A stretch of 63,380 nt of DNA, counting the filler, from Choristocarpus tenellus KU-1152 (taxonomy: Eukaryota > Protista > Phaeophyceae), in assembly GCA_964200185.2 (NCBI GenBank). It is 5 parts of 5 records of this genome, joined end to end, with 100 filler letters (N's around TTAATTAATTAA, not from the genome) between each part and the next. Parts side by side here need not be neighbours in the genome. Positions count along the whole stretch, not along the records: positions 22,777 to 33,749 come from CAXNAD020002594.1; positions 33,850 to 49,202 come from CAXNAD020001013.1; 3 more parts are not named here. One strand, given 5' to 3'. Below, in pieces: positions 26,347-40,094 of this stretch. Below the pieces are notes generated by a model. It saw only the letters and a program-made list of their open reading frames with translations, was not told the origin of the DNA and made no database searches. The translations under genes and the position numbers were made by a program. Every line of letters starts with the position of its first letter. Position 1 is the stretch's first letter.

Positions 26347-27990
26347 TTACATAACTAGGTTGAAGAGGTCTGGTGCAAATTCTTTGTGTATCCTGCAGCT
26401 GAGGTGAGGGCTGTACAAGTTGTAAATCCGCCAAAATCCGCCAGAAGCTGGGCAATACATCAAGATATCGGAACAGCTGTCCGATGCCAACTTGTCCATT
26501 TCCAACTGCATCCACACAGGCAGAGCTGTGCAAAACCTGTACAAAAGAAAGGAGGCAATGTCACGATTAAAGAGATCTTGTCACAAGTAACATGTTACTT
26601 TAAGAGGAGAGGGAGGTCGCATGGTTGCGTGGAAATTGAATGCAGTTGATTGAATTCGTGTGAAATTTGGGTCACATTCTATTGCTTTTGGGCAAAAAAG
26701 ATTTGTTCGCTTGCTCTTTGCATGGTGTCTTCACTGCAGATTGTACATTTACTATCTCCTTTTATGGGTGGATCATTCTACACTACAAAAAAGATCCTGT
26801 GAATGATGCAACAAAATCCTGCTATTCCCATCAAATGACACTTACAAGGTACATACATTTCAAAACTCTCAGACGACTAAAGAAGAGCTGCCACATTTCA
26901 TCTTTGGAAATGCTCTCGTCACATGACATCACACACAAGCAATGCACTGTTACTGAGTACGGCACCAGTTCAATTATATATACACAAAATCACTTCACTA
27001 GAAATATACTACATGCATGAGCGAGATGATAATAGAGGTGCATTAGTGGAGTTTAGAGCAAAGTTGATCTGAATAGATATGGAAGTACGTATGTGTGCAG
27101 GTAGAATCCTCACCACAACACTCTTGGCAGTGCAGAATGATTGCCTGCTGACAGAAAGCGTAACCTCCCGGTCGTAGACGTTTTCACCTATTTTCTCGCA
27201 CTTGACAATGTCCACTGCTACGGTTGCATCGTAGAATGAGCTGAACATGGAAAGATCGCGATCAAGATACACGGAGGGGGAAGCGATAAGTGACTGCATT
27301 TCACATTCCAGAACTGACCAATCTTGTGCATTATACGTTGTGTGATGGGCAAACTTTGAAGGACACTTAGTGGTTCCCTTCAGTTAAGATCAAAAGGTTG
27401 AAACTTGTAATTTAAGCATGTTAATTGACACTGAAGGAGTGAAGTAGATATGGAATTGCATGAGAAAGCACGTAATAATACACACATTGCGTGTAAGATA
27501 TTTCTATGATTTCAGCTCCAGTTCTTCCACCATGAGGATTGGTTGTTTTAAGAAAACTATTGAACTTGAATGCTCTTTGCCTCCTCAATATTTCAGTAGT
27601 CTTTGCGACCCGTGTGCGCGGATAACTTGTAACGTGCATTAAAAAAAGCTAGCCTAGGATCAGGCTTGGGATAATATAAAACATACGCACCACACAAATA
27701 GCAGTTCGCAAAAGAGTTACATCTATACCACTAGTTGTTCCGTTAAGGTTTCCCTGTCGTTCACATCTTCAAAGTCCCGAGTAAAAGGTCCCCTATAGCA
27801 CGCGCTACAGGTACGACTGACTGTACCTCATTATCCGTTGTAGATTTCCGTTTGCAGTGAGCACAACCCTTTCCATAGGATCGAAATTGCTGAGATGCAC
27901 TCGACTGCTGCCCCCCTCCACTCCTCCCATAATATCACCAAAGTGTGGAGCTCCCGTTTCCTCCATTTCAAATGCAGCATTCTCAAGAGC
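26347..27990 (-). pseudogene. Chorismate lyase-like (UbiC / DUF98 / Rv2949c-type fold) protein. Exons 27990-27827, 27240-27114, 26536-26347, with a frameshift at ~26424-26443. First exon(s), probably within 28000-28650, unresolved
   Basis: Spliced product: [28 protein letters not shown]...YDREVTL...FCTAKSVV...VGIGQLFRYLDVLPSF / FWRIYNLYSPHLSCRIHKEFAPDLFNL*. Motif order matches chorismate-lyase-like proteins. Splice phases (2, 0) agree. Confidence 0.7.
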
Positions 27991-28912
27991 CTGTGAAATT
28001 TTACAAACATCATGAGTATGAAGATATTGAGCAGAAGTTCGGAGAGAAAGGGTCGATTGTACTATCAACAAAACAGTCCCATGTAATTCAGATTCCAAGT
28101 CATCTCACGTGTGGAAGGGTCTCGCGTTGCCATGAGGACCAGGTAATCCTGACATACCATGGTCTATAGAAGTGTCGAATGTTGTGAGCGGTGAGCTGAA
28201 CTTATCATCTTCCTTGATGTTGTGCAGGCCATACATCCCAGAGGACATAGTGGCACAACAATTTGGGTCGGAACCTGTGGTCGTAGAGGCTGATGGTCGC
28301 CCTTGCGTTGGATACGTGGGATTTGATACTCAACGAGAGCCAAATTTCGAAAATGAAATCGATTGAGGGATGATGAGCATTGCCACCACCAACAAGGGAC
28401 CCCACTTAGGCCCCTGTTATGCTCTCCCAATCAGACAAACAGCCATTTATTGTTAGGTCCAGTTGTAAATCCACCGGGTAGCTACGAGTGTAACTTACTA
28501 GAAGGTAGTCTTACGTACGATGCTAATGTCCAAAGATGTCGGGGTGTCAAACCTGGCCACCTCCTGGAGGACATTGGTGGGACGTAGGCAGTGTGATAGT
28601 AAGTATAGCAATAGATGGTGCATCTTGCACACACTCGAAATGGGATGAACGTATCGTTTCAACTACTGTCCGGTAAAATTACAAAGTGTACGCATGGTTG
28701 GTGTTGTACGTATACAACATATTTTGTTTTTGTTTTCCAATTTAGATTCTAAGATATTGCTTTCTATTCAAAGGATACGGTGACCTCGTATGGTGTTATT
28801 CTTCCCTTTTATTCCCCTTCAATTTCGATTTTCAATTTGCCATTTTTGTCAAACCTACCGAACCTATCCGATCACCCCGTCAATCAGGTAATGTCTTTAC
28901 CACTTCTTCTCG

Positions 28913-31622
28913 ATGTTGTTGCTCTCATGTGGAGTTTGTCATGTTCTTGTGGGAGCAAGAACCTCTTCTGCGCTTTCGCTTGCGGTAACTTGGGGGGGAA
29001 ACACCTGTGGTAGCTTACTCTTGTCTTCCCCTGTATCGCGACTCGCACTTAGATCAATAAGCATGGTCTCTCCCGAAGCCGTTGCTGCTTACGGGATAGA
29101 TCTATCCAGCAATGCCATAGATGTCGAGAATAGGTGCAAGTTTTTGGAGCCAGCATTGGTCAAGCTGACACCATGCCTGTCCGGAAAAAACCACAAGGGA
29201 CAGGTAAACGATGCGCTCTTTTGCCATGAGTTGCCCAGGGCCATGAGCCTGACTCTGACTTTCTTGTCTAGTGACCTGTAAATTGAACTGGGACCAGAAA
29301 ATGTTCACTACAGTAGCAATGCATGGTGGGCTTTGAAATTGGAAGACTAGGTCAGAGTTTACAGTGCCTAGCTGGGTTCCGTTGCGATCTGTTCATTCTC
29401 ATTCATTGTTCTTGGCCTTGCCAATTGTGCCTGGCTCATGGATTTGGCAGCATGGTCGTGTGGGATTGTTTGGCGGCTCCCCGGTCTACACAGGGGCCCC
29501 ATTTTTTGCCAGCATGTCAGCGCTACGTTTTGGAGCCGATTTGTCGTACGTGTTCACTGCGGAGGAAGCGGCCCCTGCAATCAAGGCGTACAGCCCAGAG
29601 CTTATGGTGTGGCATATCCTTCTAACTCTCTATGTGTTGCCTTTAGTCTACTAGATCTCTTTTCTTTTCTTGAGTGCTATGGCGTTCCAAATCGACTGTT
29701 CAATGGTATTGAATCTCCCCGACTTCTCATGAGGTGTTGAACAAGCAACGCATACCTCAAAGTCTCCGTTGAATTCTGTCATTTTCCACCAACAATCCCA
29801 AACCGCAGATTTCTTGACGCGATGTTACTCCTCTTTCTTGCTTTCCTTTGTCACTACTAATCCTGCTCAAATAATGTGATTTTTTCACTCATGGGCGCGT
29901 ATCCTGTCATTCTGCACTGTGCATAACGTCCTCAAGACTAAATAATTTAGTACCTTCTTTTCCCAAAATGCAATGCATGCCTCACAACTTACCAATCCCT
30001 CCCTCCCCAAGCTTCATTCATTCGATCTTCTTGAGTGGATTTCATGTTTCAGAGGAGACACGTATGCAACCGTAGTCTCCATCTCTACCCTTAACGTCAT
30101 GACCGTTGCTTCAGTTTAGCTGTCACATGTTCTAAACAGGTGATGCCTGTGTACAATGTGGAGAAGATTTCCGATGATAATTCACAGGTGGTACAGAAAA
30201 TAACGGACCACTTCCACCGCCTTCACTCCCTCGTGATCGGCCCTGGGCTTGGACGTGATGTCTGTGTTCTATCTGCTGCCTCAAGTGTGGTGAAGGCTGC
30301 AAAGAAGGAAAGCTTACCCCTTGTACTTGACGCCGATGCACTTGAGATAATTGTTAGACATGATGGTGATATTGGTGCCATGCCTTTTTATGGGTATGGG
30401 AGGGTAGTGCTGACCCCCAATGCCCCAGAGTTTGTGCGTCTCATGAATGCATGTGGTTTCGAGAACGATTTCTTCGTGAATGAAGTCGCAAATATGGATA
30501 ATCCGGTGGAGCTCAGAGAGGGCAAAGGGAGGGCTGTGGAAAGGCTTGCTGCAGCCCTGGGAAATGTGGTTGTGATCTTGAAGGGTGAGGTGGATGTGAT
30601 ATCTGATGGGAGGAGGACTATTGCTTGTGCTGTACCTGGCGGTATGAAACGTTGTGGGGGTTTGGGGGATGTCCTAGCTGGATCCTTGGGAACAATGCTT
30701 GCGTGGAATAGGTTACATGGAGTCGAGGGAGATGAGGTAAGTGGAAGGTAATGGATGGGGGGCGTGTTCTTTTGTTCCTGGAGCACACTCTGTTTTGTGT
30801 TTTCTGTAGTATACTTTAGGAAGGGAATTTCTTGTGCGTCTGTTTTTGTTGTTGTCAGTTTACAGAAGGCGTTGGCATGAGTGGAACGTGAAGGTCCTCT
30901 CGTTGCTAGGTATGTATATTGTTATATTTAGGGTGGTTTGTGATCTGTGTGCTCTAGTGAAGACTCCAATTTTTTTTCACCATCTACCACTTGTGTTAGC
31001 TGTGTGTGTGTTGCTGGCATAACTCATTCTCGAATGATTCCTTTGTTCTGGGAGTAGCTGAAATTGTTGAAGATGCTGCCAATTTAGGGCTTCAGCTACA
31101 TAGAAAACTTAATTGAAAGGCTTGGTGTCTGTTTAGTGAGATTATTAAAATTTCCCTGAAATACTTGTCTGGAATTCCCAACTCCTTGAGCCATGGCTAG
31201 ATTCATTTTATTGTAGGATAGAGTTGAGATTCCTACACGACTAGGATTAGGATAGAAGATTTTGCAGGGTGAACACCTCCTATTGAGTCAGTGTAATGTG
31301 GAAGCTGTTGTATTGATTGGTCAGTCTAGTGCATTCCGTGACATGGACCCTATCCTTTTTTTTGCCATTATTCAATGCTATCCCTATTACCTTTGGCCTC
31401 CTTACATCCCACAGTAAGCCTATCCAAGCATTATCGGCCCTTACCTTTATCACCCAGGCACAACAAGTTATGATGCTGTCTGCTGCATGGTGGGCATGTG
31501 CTGTCACAAGACAGGCAACCTTTGAGGCATGCAGTGCCAAGGGAAGGAGTATGTCGGCCCTCCATGTCATGGAACATCTTGGGCCCATTATGGAAGAGCT
31601 GGTACCTAGTGGGAAGTTGTGA
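28913..31622 (+). CDS. NAXD: ATP-dependent (S)-NAD(P)H-hydrate dehydratase (YjeF C-terminal / carbohydrate kinase family). Exons 28913-29203, 29451-29606, 30140-30736, 31458-31622
   Basis: Motifs [66 protein letters not shown] and [12 protein letters not shown]. All introns GT-AG, phase 0. Confidence 0.95.
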
Positions 31623-33749
31623 TGCCCTAGGATCTGGTATGAAGTAGATATTGGCAGTGCAATCCATGAGTAGCCGTCACATTACTCCAATAGACCTGTA
31701 CCTTTGTACGTAAGGGTAGCTTGAATGCCAATGGCTCTTGAGGTTTGAGCTCTACCCTCTATATATTGCAAGTGCATTGCCCTCCAATTTGTGTGGCACA
31801 TGAGTTACTTTTTGCAAGGCGTGTTCAAGAGTTCGTGCAGCCAGAGGCTTAGGACATTGCTTTGAGATGCCTGAGGAGAGTCATGGAGAATGCAAGTTGG
31901 TGCATAATGCTACCAGCTTCACATGGAACAACCGAAGCGATGCATCTTATCATTTCATGGGGGGACAGGATTGAAACAGTACAGGATTTATTTTTGTGTG
32001 TGAGATCCCAGAGTGCAGACCCAAGGTGTTGATAGCGTATGGAAGCATGTATAGTGTTTTTATGCCTTTCATGGTGTGGTACTCCCCCTGTGTTTTTTTT
32101 CTTTTTTGGTATATTGAAGCGAGGTGCCTCTGTTAATATCGCATGTGTGGAAAACCCCGGATGAAAACCCTATGAAGGGTGATCATACTCTGTATGTTAT
32201 GTTGGTATGAAGGGTGATCTTGCATATCTAACATCTTAGTGGCAGATGTGTGGACAAAGAACCTTCCTGTGTGGGGAAGATTTCAAATGGCGCGCCGTTT
32301 TGGTAAGAAAGGAGAGAGAGAGAGTCTGTACTTCCATAGGGAAGTAGTCCAGTAAAGGATGAGCTATTGGTGTGTTGAAGCGTACTTGTACCAAGAACAG
32401 ATGAGTACGTAATTTATGATGCATTCAATGCTAACGTTTTTTTAGCCAGGGAATATAAATTAGCTGGCAAGTCAGCCTGCACGACGGTCAAGGGTATGAA
32501 TGAGGGCATTGCCCATTATTAGTAGTAATTCCTTCCAATGGATATACACAAAGGTTGATTTCAACCTCATTTATCCGTTATCCCCGCATGGACTTGAAAT
32601 GTAACAGGAAGGTGAGATGGTTAGGTAAGAGTGTCTCAGTTAATGGTATCCTTCTTAATTCATAGTGCTGACATCTTGTGTACCTCATAGAAGGCATTCA
32701 GGTCATAAATCGTATATATCATGTCCTCTAACATCCTGGAGATGTGTCAGGAAAAAAGACAAAGCCAGTATCACAAGGACCTTGGTAAGAAGTAAAGTAA
32801 TGGTTATTGCAAATGTGAAAGATACCTCTCCAAACACTGTTTACTGTGTGAATACCACCTAAACCACAACACTCCCCTCAAGGTTGGTAATTATGATGTT
32901 ATGTGTACACTGCCACCATGCCTCTTCTCATAGCTATGCTATTATTTTGCCCTTCAACATATTTTTTATTGTAGATTTGCTAGAGGAAACTAATGATTAT
33001 CCGTATCTGTGCTGCTACTATTCTATATACACCAGTGAATGTGTAAGCATTGAAAGTCTTCTAACTTTGGTCTTTGTCTTGTCCCTGCTCTCACACTTCT
33101 ACAAAATCCCACTTACCACATTGTCAAGGGAGATTGGTATATATATTTATTATTATGCCCTCTCACATTTTGTAGACGTGTCAGGGGAAAAAGCAATCAA
33201 ATATCAGAACTCCTGAAAATGTAGCAGTTGTCGTAAATGTGAAAGACATTTTTCTATCATCTAACTATTTACTACCAGCTATGGCACACACACTGCTCTC
33301 CTATGTCTCCAACCTAGCTTAGCCCTGCACTCTAAAGTGAGGAGCTAGGGAACCATCTGAAGAATTTAACAAGCTCCTCCTTGCCCATTTCCCTGGTGTC
33401 TCCACAGCTTAAAACGCATGACATGTCTTGATAGACCTACTTGTGTTGTGACGGACACTATTTGTCGTTAATGGGATTTGACAGCTCCTTTCCTGCTGTA
33501 CCCTCCCGCCCCTCTCCTCCCTACCACGTGCACAGCCAACTCATCCAGAAAACTTTTCACTTGCTTACTGAGGCGCTCAAAACTTTGCACGAGGGTCAAA
33601 AGAACCCTTTATATGTGTGTAAAATGTTAGATGGCATAATACATCATAATATAACATATACTCCATTGATCACTAGTGTCAGGGACAGGTTCCTTTTTTG
33701 GGATCTCCGACACACACATATGAATAAGACGCGCGGTCATATACAATTG

Positions 33750-33849
33750 NNNNNNNNNNNNNNNNNNNNNNNNNNNNNNNNNNNNNNNNNNNNTTAATTA
33801 ATTAANNNNNNNNNNNNNNNNNNNNNNNNNNNNNNNNNNNNNNNNNNNN
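33750..33849. other. Artificial contig linker
   Basis: Same 100-bp N/TTAATTAATTAA/N structure. Confidence 0.97.
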
Positions 33850-34924
33850 ATTTTTTTGTTATATGGTGGTGCACGCGATTTTTGCAATTTAAGAAATTTT
33901 TGTTGGGGGGGGGGGGGGTTGATGGGGAGTTTCCAAAGGATGAAATGCTGTCTGTTGTTAGGTCCTCATTTTATTTGTTTCATTGTGTGTGTGTGAACTA
34001 CTGTTGAAGGCATAGGTCAGTTCTTGAAGATTTTGGGGTCAAGTCAATGATCGTGTATGCTGTAGAGAGGTGTTGTGTTTGTATAAAGAGCACTTTTGCT
34101 CCGGTGTAGTTACGTTTAGATCATCATTATGACCATGTTTTTCAAGTCCTTTGCTATAGCCATTCAGGTACTGCACACTACACTGCTTCTAGTACTATGT
34201 ACCATGTAACTGTTACACTACGATTAGTTGTACTGTATTTCCTCCATTTCATGCATTGCTTCTCGTGTGTTGGGTTCAGTCATCCCACCGATTGTCGTGT
34301 CTCCTCCCTCGAATCTTGTTCTGGGCCTGCTTCTATTTCAGTCAGAAATGAAGATTCTACACCTCATCCTGGTGATTTTACCGTGTTGTGACGTATGGAT
34401 GGTACAGTTCTATAACCTGTAGTGCTTACGACTTGGACATTTGTTAATTGAAACCATATTTTCATGATAAGAAGTCTGGCACTGACGGGGTTTGACCCTT
34501 TGAAATTCATCCAGGGAACAGCCTCCGTTGACCACTGAGCCTCTTTGGATGCTTACGCAGGAACTGATTGTCTTCTCAGTAGCAGTGTCACAACAGTTAT
34601 GTGCCCTAAAAGGACACAATTGTGAACCCTAGAGATAATCCTTCAAACATTTCTCCCTAACACTGATTTGGAATCAGTCGCTGTGAAGGGTATCTCTGTA
34701 CAGGCAAGACACCGTTATATCCCCAGTCCCCCTTAATCCAAACCTTAATTGTGTACTTGCCTCCCCCACTTCCTAACCCTCTTCAATCAAGTTTGTTTAC
34801 CCCACCGTCATGACAACCCTATCCTCCTCTGTATTATCCTAATCCCTGGGAAAGGTGCACAGAACTCACCAAGTGTACCTCTGTGCTCCTACCACACCCT
34901 CCTCACCCTCCCCTTGTTGTGCAG

Positions 34925-35212
34925 GTTCTCCATGAAACAGGCGAGTTTTTACTTCGTTTGGAGAGGAGGCTAGGGGGTGTCTCCAGGGTCTCAAACATGG
35001 CCTTGAGCTCAGGTTCGGCTGGGGCATCTGAGTCTTATTTATCGTCGTCTACAGCTTGGTTCGAGCATGCACAGGATCTGGTGTCAGTTGTGGCAAGTGA
35101 TGATAGTATCCTCTCAGCTCTGGGGCAAGGACACATAGAGGACCTATTGCGATGCATGCAACGCAGCTCGATCATGCTTGTCAAGTTGCAGGAACCCTCG
35201 GAAGAGGATTGA
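34925..35212 (+). CDS. Probable terminal exon of an unidentified gene
   Basis: Pyrimidine-rich acceptor ttgttgtgcag| followed by a 95-codon open frame with protein-like composition (VLHETGEFLLRLERRL...EPSEED*). Confidence 0.45.
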   Translation, partial: VLHETGEFLLRLERRLGGVSRVSNMALSSGSAGASESYLSSSTAWFEHAQDLVSVVASDDSILSALGQGHIEDLLRCMQRSSIMLVKLQEPSEED

Positions 35213-38200
35213 GACACCCTCCCTATGTTCAGTGGTAGGGATCAAGGAGTCGAGTGTATGAGGAGGTATAGGAATCCAGGACTAGTAGTAGAGGATAGTG
35301 ACCTTGCAGTAGGGTTGGCATGTCTTAGGCAACAGCAAGAGAATGCAAGGTGTTGCTGAGGTATGTTTTTGGAGTAGAGGGGTGTGCACACATTGCACCC
35401 ACACTTTGTTGTGTTAGTACCCTGCACCTACAGCTTGTACCCCCACGACTAATTCAAGTGCACACTAGAAGGATCAACCGATCAACTGCCTTGTCTTTCT
35501 GAGGTGGTTTGGGTCACCCGCACATCAAATACTTCTTTCATTTCGTGAGGATGCACAAGCAGTGTCCTTCTGGGGGCAGGCACTGTGCCATGTGGCATCA
35601 AAAGATGTTTCTGGCAGATGCTTTGGTTAATGATTTTGCTTACAATTAGCGTTGCATTTGTTGGAGCTAAATTGATCAACATCCTTGCAAGTGTTTGGAA
35701 CCAGAACCTTGTCCGAGAATAAATACTTGTAGGGTGAGCAAGTATTATAGTAGATGGTGGTACAGAAAAGACATCAATTCATTGTGTTGACTAGTTAATG
35801 GTTTTGTTGCCAGATGAGAGATCCATGCGATCTGATTTGACTGGATGGTTGAATTCATTTTTCGGTGAGCGGGCAAGATTCATCCTGATACTCAAAAGGC
35901 ACTTCGGAAAAGCATGCACCATGAAAGCTAGAGTGACTTGTACAAAATATTCGCTAGTAGTCGGTGCAGCTATGATAACTGCAGCATGCTTACAGGTAAT
36001 AAGATTTTAGTACCTATCTGTCAATATGACGTGGTGGATGGTTGGAACTATCTTCACACCACCCTTCCGTAAGAAGTCTGTAGACCAACCACTTTGTCAA
36101 AAAAAATTGAGAGGATTATTGACTCAGAGGAGGCGATTCCCTAGGTTTGATGGTGTCTGGCAGGGTCCTGGCATGTGATGATTTCATTTGTAGTTTAGAT
36201 TCCCCTTCTTGCCATTTCAAGGGTCAAACTTAAGTACAGACCCTACACTTACTTGTCTATGTTAAGATATCATTTTGATTTCCCCCCTTCTACGTAGACA
36301 CTCTCCCCTGCCCCTATCTTACTGGTGCTGTTGGAGCACAGTGGCTGATAGGTGGCGGAGTTATTCATCCTCTTTCCCCCCAATCACAGCCCACATAGCC
36401 CCTCCCCTGTGCCTTCATCCCAATGTTGCTACATAAACTCATACACGTTTAGTTCATTTGGTTTTGCGCAGGAAAACAAGACCCCCTCAGTGCATCTCAT
36501 CCCTGCTACCCAGGCACATCCCCACCATGCCCCTTCCTCTTGATATTGGAGCACATCGACTGGTAGGTGGTGGGGCTTCTATTCCCTTTTCCTTTCAAAC
36601 ACAGCCCCCCAATGCGTCTTTCCTCCCAATGCTGCTCCAGGACTCCCTGATAGGTGGCTGGTGTTCCCCTCTTTCCCCCCCACCACAGCTCCCCGGGGTT
36701 TACCTGGGAGCACCTTCCCGCTGTCCCTTTTCTCCATGAGTTGAATCCAGTCAATCGTGTCGCAATAATAATAGTAAAAGAACAATTACAGGTACCAGAT
36801 TGAATATCAAGTTCAATACAACCCTGTTGTAGCTCTACAAAAATACACATATTATACATACATGAGCAACCAAGGCATGCGAGGATGAAGGTAACACAAC
36901 AGCATCGGCAATGCAGCATACCTTCTTCTCACTCGATCAAATCATCACAACGAATCTTAATTCATCTCCAAAACATTCAACCCTGTAAACCCAACAGATT
37001 CTTCAAAACATTTCTAAGCATTTAGAATAATATTGATGTGGTACTACTATACTACAGAGGAACGGTTTCTAAGTGTACGTAGGAAGATTCATGCAATTGT
37101 GGGTAGTGATATGGTGGTCTTCCTCCAAAAAGAGACCCATCTTAACCATTGATGACTCACCGTCTGCCTACAAGGCAGCTTGTGTATCTTCATGTAAACG
37201 TTAAAGGTCCTTGCCAACATAATCCACAATGAGAACAGCCTATCCTAAGATGGATCAACTCATACTTATAGGTACCCTAACCCCACCGTCTTAAGAGTAC
37301 CTGAGTACATTCATGGCTTATTATGCAGTCGTAGATGTGTTTATTGTGCTTGCTGTGTGGTTGTTTTGTTCCTGTGTTTGGGATCTCCTCCAAACATTTC
37401 CAAGGAAAAATGTGTAACAACCGCATGATCGGTCCCAACATTTTCGACTTCGATCAAATTTCGATTATTCAAATCGGAAAGATACAATCACGAAGACAAA
37501 CAACAACACTAGAATTTCTAGGTTTCTGTGGTTTAGAGTCTATTCAGGTACCTGATAAAGGTGCATCCATTCTATTTTAAATGGTCGAACAATACCTACA
37601 ACTCACCATCGCCATTTGATTCAAAACCGCAACACCGATCCTTTGACTTCAACCTTCCTCGTCGCCTCACCCCATATCTATGCGTCAATCTTTGGCTTCG
37701 CATTGTTGGCATCTGATTTTTTTGTGATCCATGTTCTTCAGCACTACCTGATCCTGCAGAGAAGACACAGTGATGTCCTATGTGTCCTATCGCTTGATGC
37801 AAAACAGTGGATGTTTGAAACAATGATCAAACATACACCCTTCCCTTCTACCTGTAATGCAGCAACTTCTTGTCAACATCATGGACAATGTGGTTGGCCC
37901 AGAAATTGAATACTTTTAAGGTGCCTGACAGGGCCCAGACATGTGATACTTCAATATTAGTGAACTCCCCGTTAGCCACTGTAAAGGTCAAAGTTATGAT
38001 CAAATTTTGCACAGGCAAGGACAGACTCCCCACCAGCACTGCCAACACCTTCTACCTATACACACCTCACCCTTTCTACCTAGGACAGCACACCCTATCA
38101 CTATCCCTGCTCTGCTGATGCTACTCAATCCAATGATGCTACTCAATCCCTGTATCTGCTAGCTGGTGGAGCTTCTTCTCCTTTCTCTCAGGCACAGACA

Positions 38201-40094
38201 AACGCCCCCCCTGTGCCTTTCCAACTGGTACTGCTCGGGCACTGTGACGGCTCGGTTGCAATGTTCCCCTCTTTCCTCCCCAGCTTGGACCCCACAGGCT
38301 TATTGAGGCATACCCCCTCGTTATGCATTTCCTCCTAGGGCTACTTGAGCACAGTGGTTACTCACTGGCAGAGCTTTCTCTCTTTCCTTTTCAGCGCAGC
38401 CCCCTCATAATTTTCATGCAAAGAATTGCGCCCTGCAGTACCTCATTCTAGTCATAAGAAGGTTGACAGTAGCCCAATATTGAACTGAATGAGTAGACAA
38501 CGGAAGCAAGGTGGACAAGAGAACAACTGGTGGGCATAACTCCAAGATGACCTTAAGAAGCTTGGGATTGCAGATGAGAGTTGAAGCACCACAAAGGGCC
38601 ACTAAGCAACATGAGTTGTCTGAACGTGTGGCTGACTGCAAAACCAGATGGTAGAGTGGTATTCCAAGGAAGCTGCAATAGCCAAAGCACGTCATACCAT
38701 GGCAGCAAGCAGGTAATGTCGCTGAAGTCACCCACCAACACCAACACCAACACTATCTGCTGAACATTGTTTTCTCATCATGATCTCCTTTTGGGCTGAT
38801 TTCTTTTCCATCCTTTGTTCACTTTTTTCTTCTTTTGTTGATGGTTTTTCTCTCCTGGGGGTTCAATTTTTCTTTCTATGGCCCTTGTTGCCTGCTCCCA
38901 AGCAGTACGTATTGCCTTCTTTGGACTGCTCCACAGGCCTGGGATTCTTCGTGCTGGTATGAACATATAATAAAAATAATAGTAGTAGTAGTAGTAGTAG
39001 TAACAAAAATAAAATATTAAAACAACAAAGCTTATTGACTTGCATGTACGCAAGTCAACGATTGTATATGCACATAGTAAGGAAACAGTGGTGTGGGAGA
39101 GGAAATTGCAGAGCAGATGCATCACATTGTCTCAACATGATATAATTTAGGTTCATTCGTTGGTGCTTACTACCTCAAAAATATAGTACATACCTTTCAT
39201 TAGTTCAAATGCCGTGCTCATTGATGCCAAAGGGGAAAAGTAATCACTGTGATGCCCCAACTTGATGTATTCCCATGCTCTACAACCTGATTGCATGATG
39301 AAGATACAGATACTTTAAATGATATGAATAAGGTCAGCTGGACCCCAACACCCAAACCCCACCAGGCCAACACTTCATTTGTGTAATGTAGGGGAGTAAA
39401 ACCACCTGCAAGATGTTTAATCTGTCCAGGTAGAAATGAAAGATATGTGAATGGCAGTACCCCATTGAACAAGACACAATACAAGAAGCCAAGATAATAA
39501 GATGTAGAAACATTGGTAGGTGGCAGAGGATAGTAATTGACCCAACACATTATTTCCCCCTCATAACAATTGAAACTTGGATAAAACTCAGCCTTCAAAC
39601 TGACCTCCATGTCTTCATTCCCATTAAATCAAGTCCAAAGTGCATAAAATAATCCAGTTGCAACTGGAGAATTGCTTTGGTTTGAGGCAGAGGTGACATG
39701 TTTAAGATTGAGTTGGCATTTAGAGGCCAGAAGCAGGGTAGGTCACCATGTTGTTATCAATCAAGTTGAACGAATAAATAAGGCAACCCAAGGCAACAAA
39801 ATGAAGCCATTGTGATGAAGTTGTGAACACTGCCAGCATATTGTTTATCAGTCGTATAATCATTATAAAATATATACACAACTCTATTGCAAAGAATAAA
39901 AGGATACGCCCTGACATAAGTTGCATAGTCTCGCTTCAAAGGCAGCATAGATATAACAACAGTTCATGTTGAGCTGTGGCAAGAAGGATGTACAGAAATA
40001 AAAATTCAATTGTGTCCAAGTTACGAAAACTACAAAAAAGCAAATGTTCCCCATCAATAATGTCAATACAGGGTAACAGCTTAACTCAATATTC

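Noticed and set aside
22777-28650. Upstream part of GTF3C1 continuing across the first gap
   Set aside because: The gap is an artificial join, and the minus-strand exons there belong to a different, lyase-like gene.
32740-33260. Weak ~435-bp-spaced direct similarity (gtgtcagg.aaaaag...aaatgtgaaaga)
   Set aside because: Too degenerate to define.
38979-39003. (TAG)n microsatellite giving poly-Tyr/Leu/Val ORFs; also (AT)n near 16298 and (GT)n near 62970
   Set aside because: Ordinary simple repeats.
37596-39950. Minus-strand exon-like fragments of a possible membrane protein gene
   Set aside because: Stops and incompatible splice phases; no family recognised.
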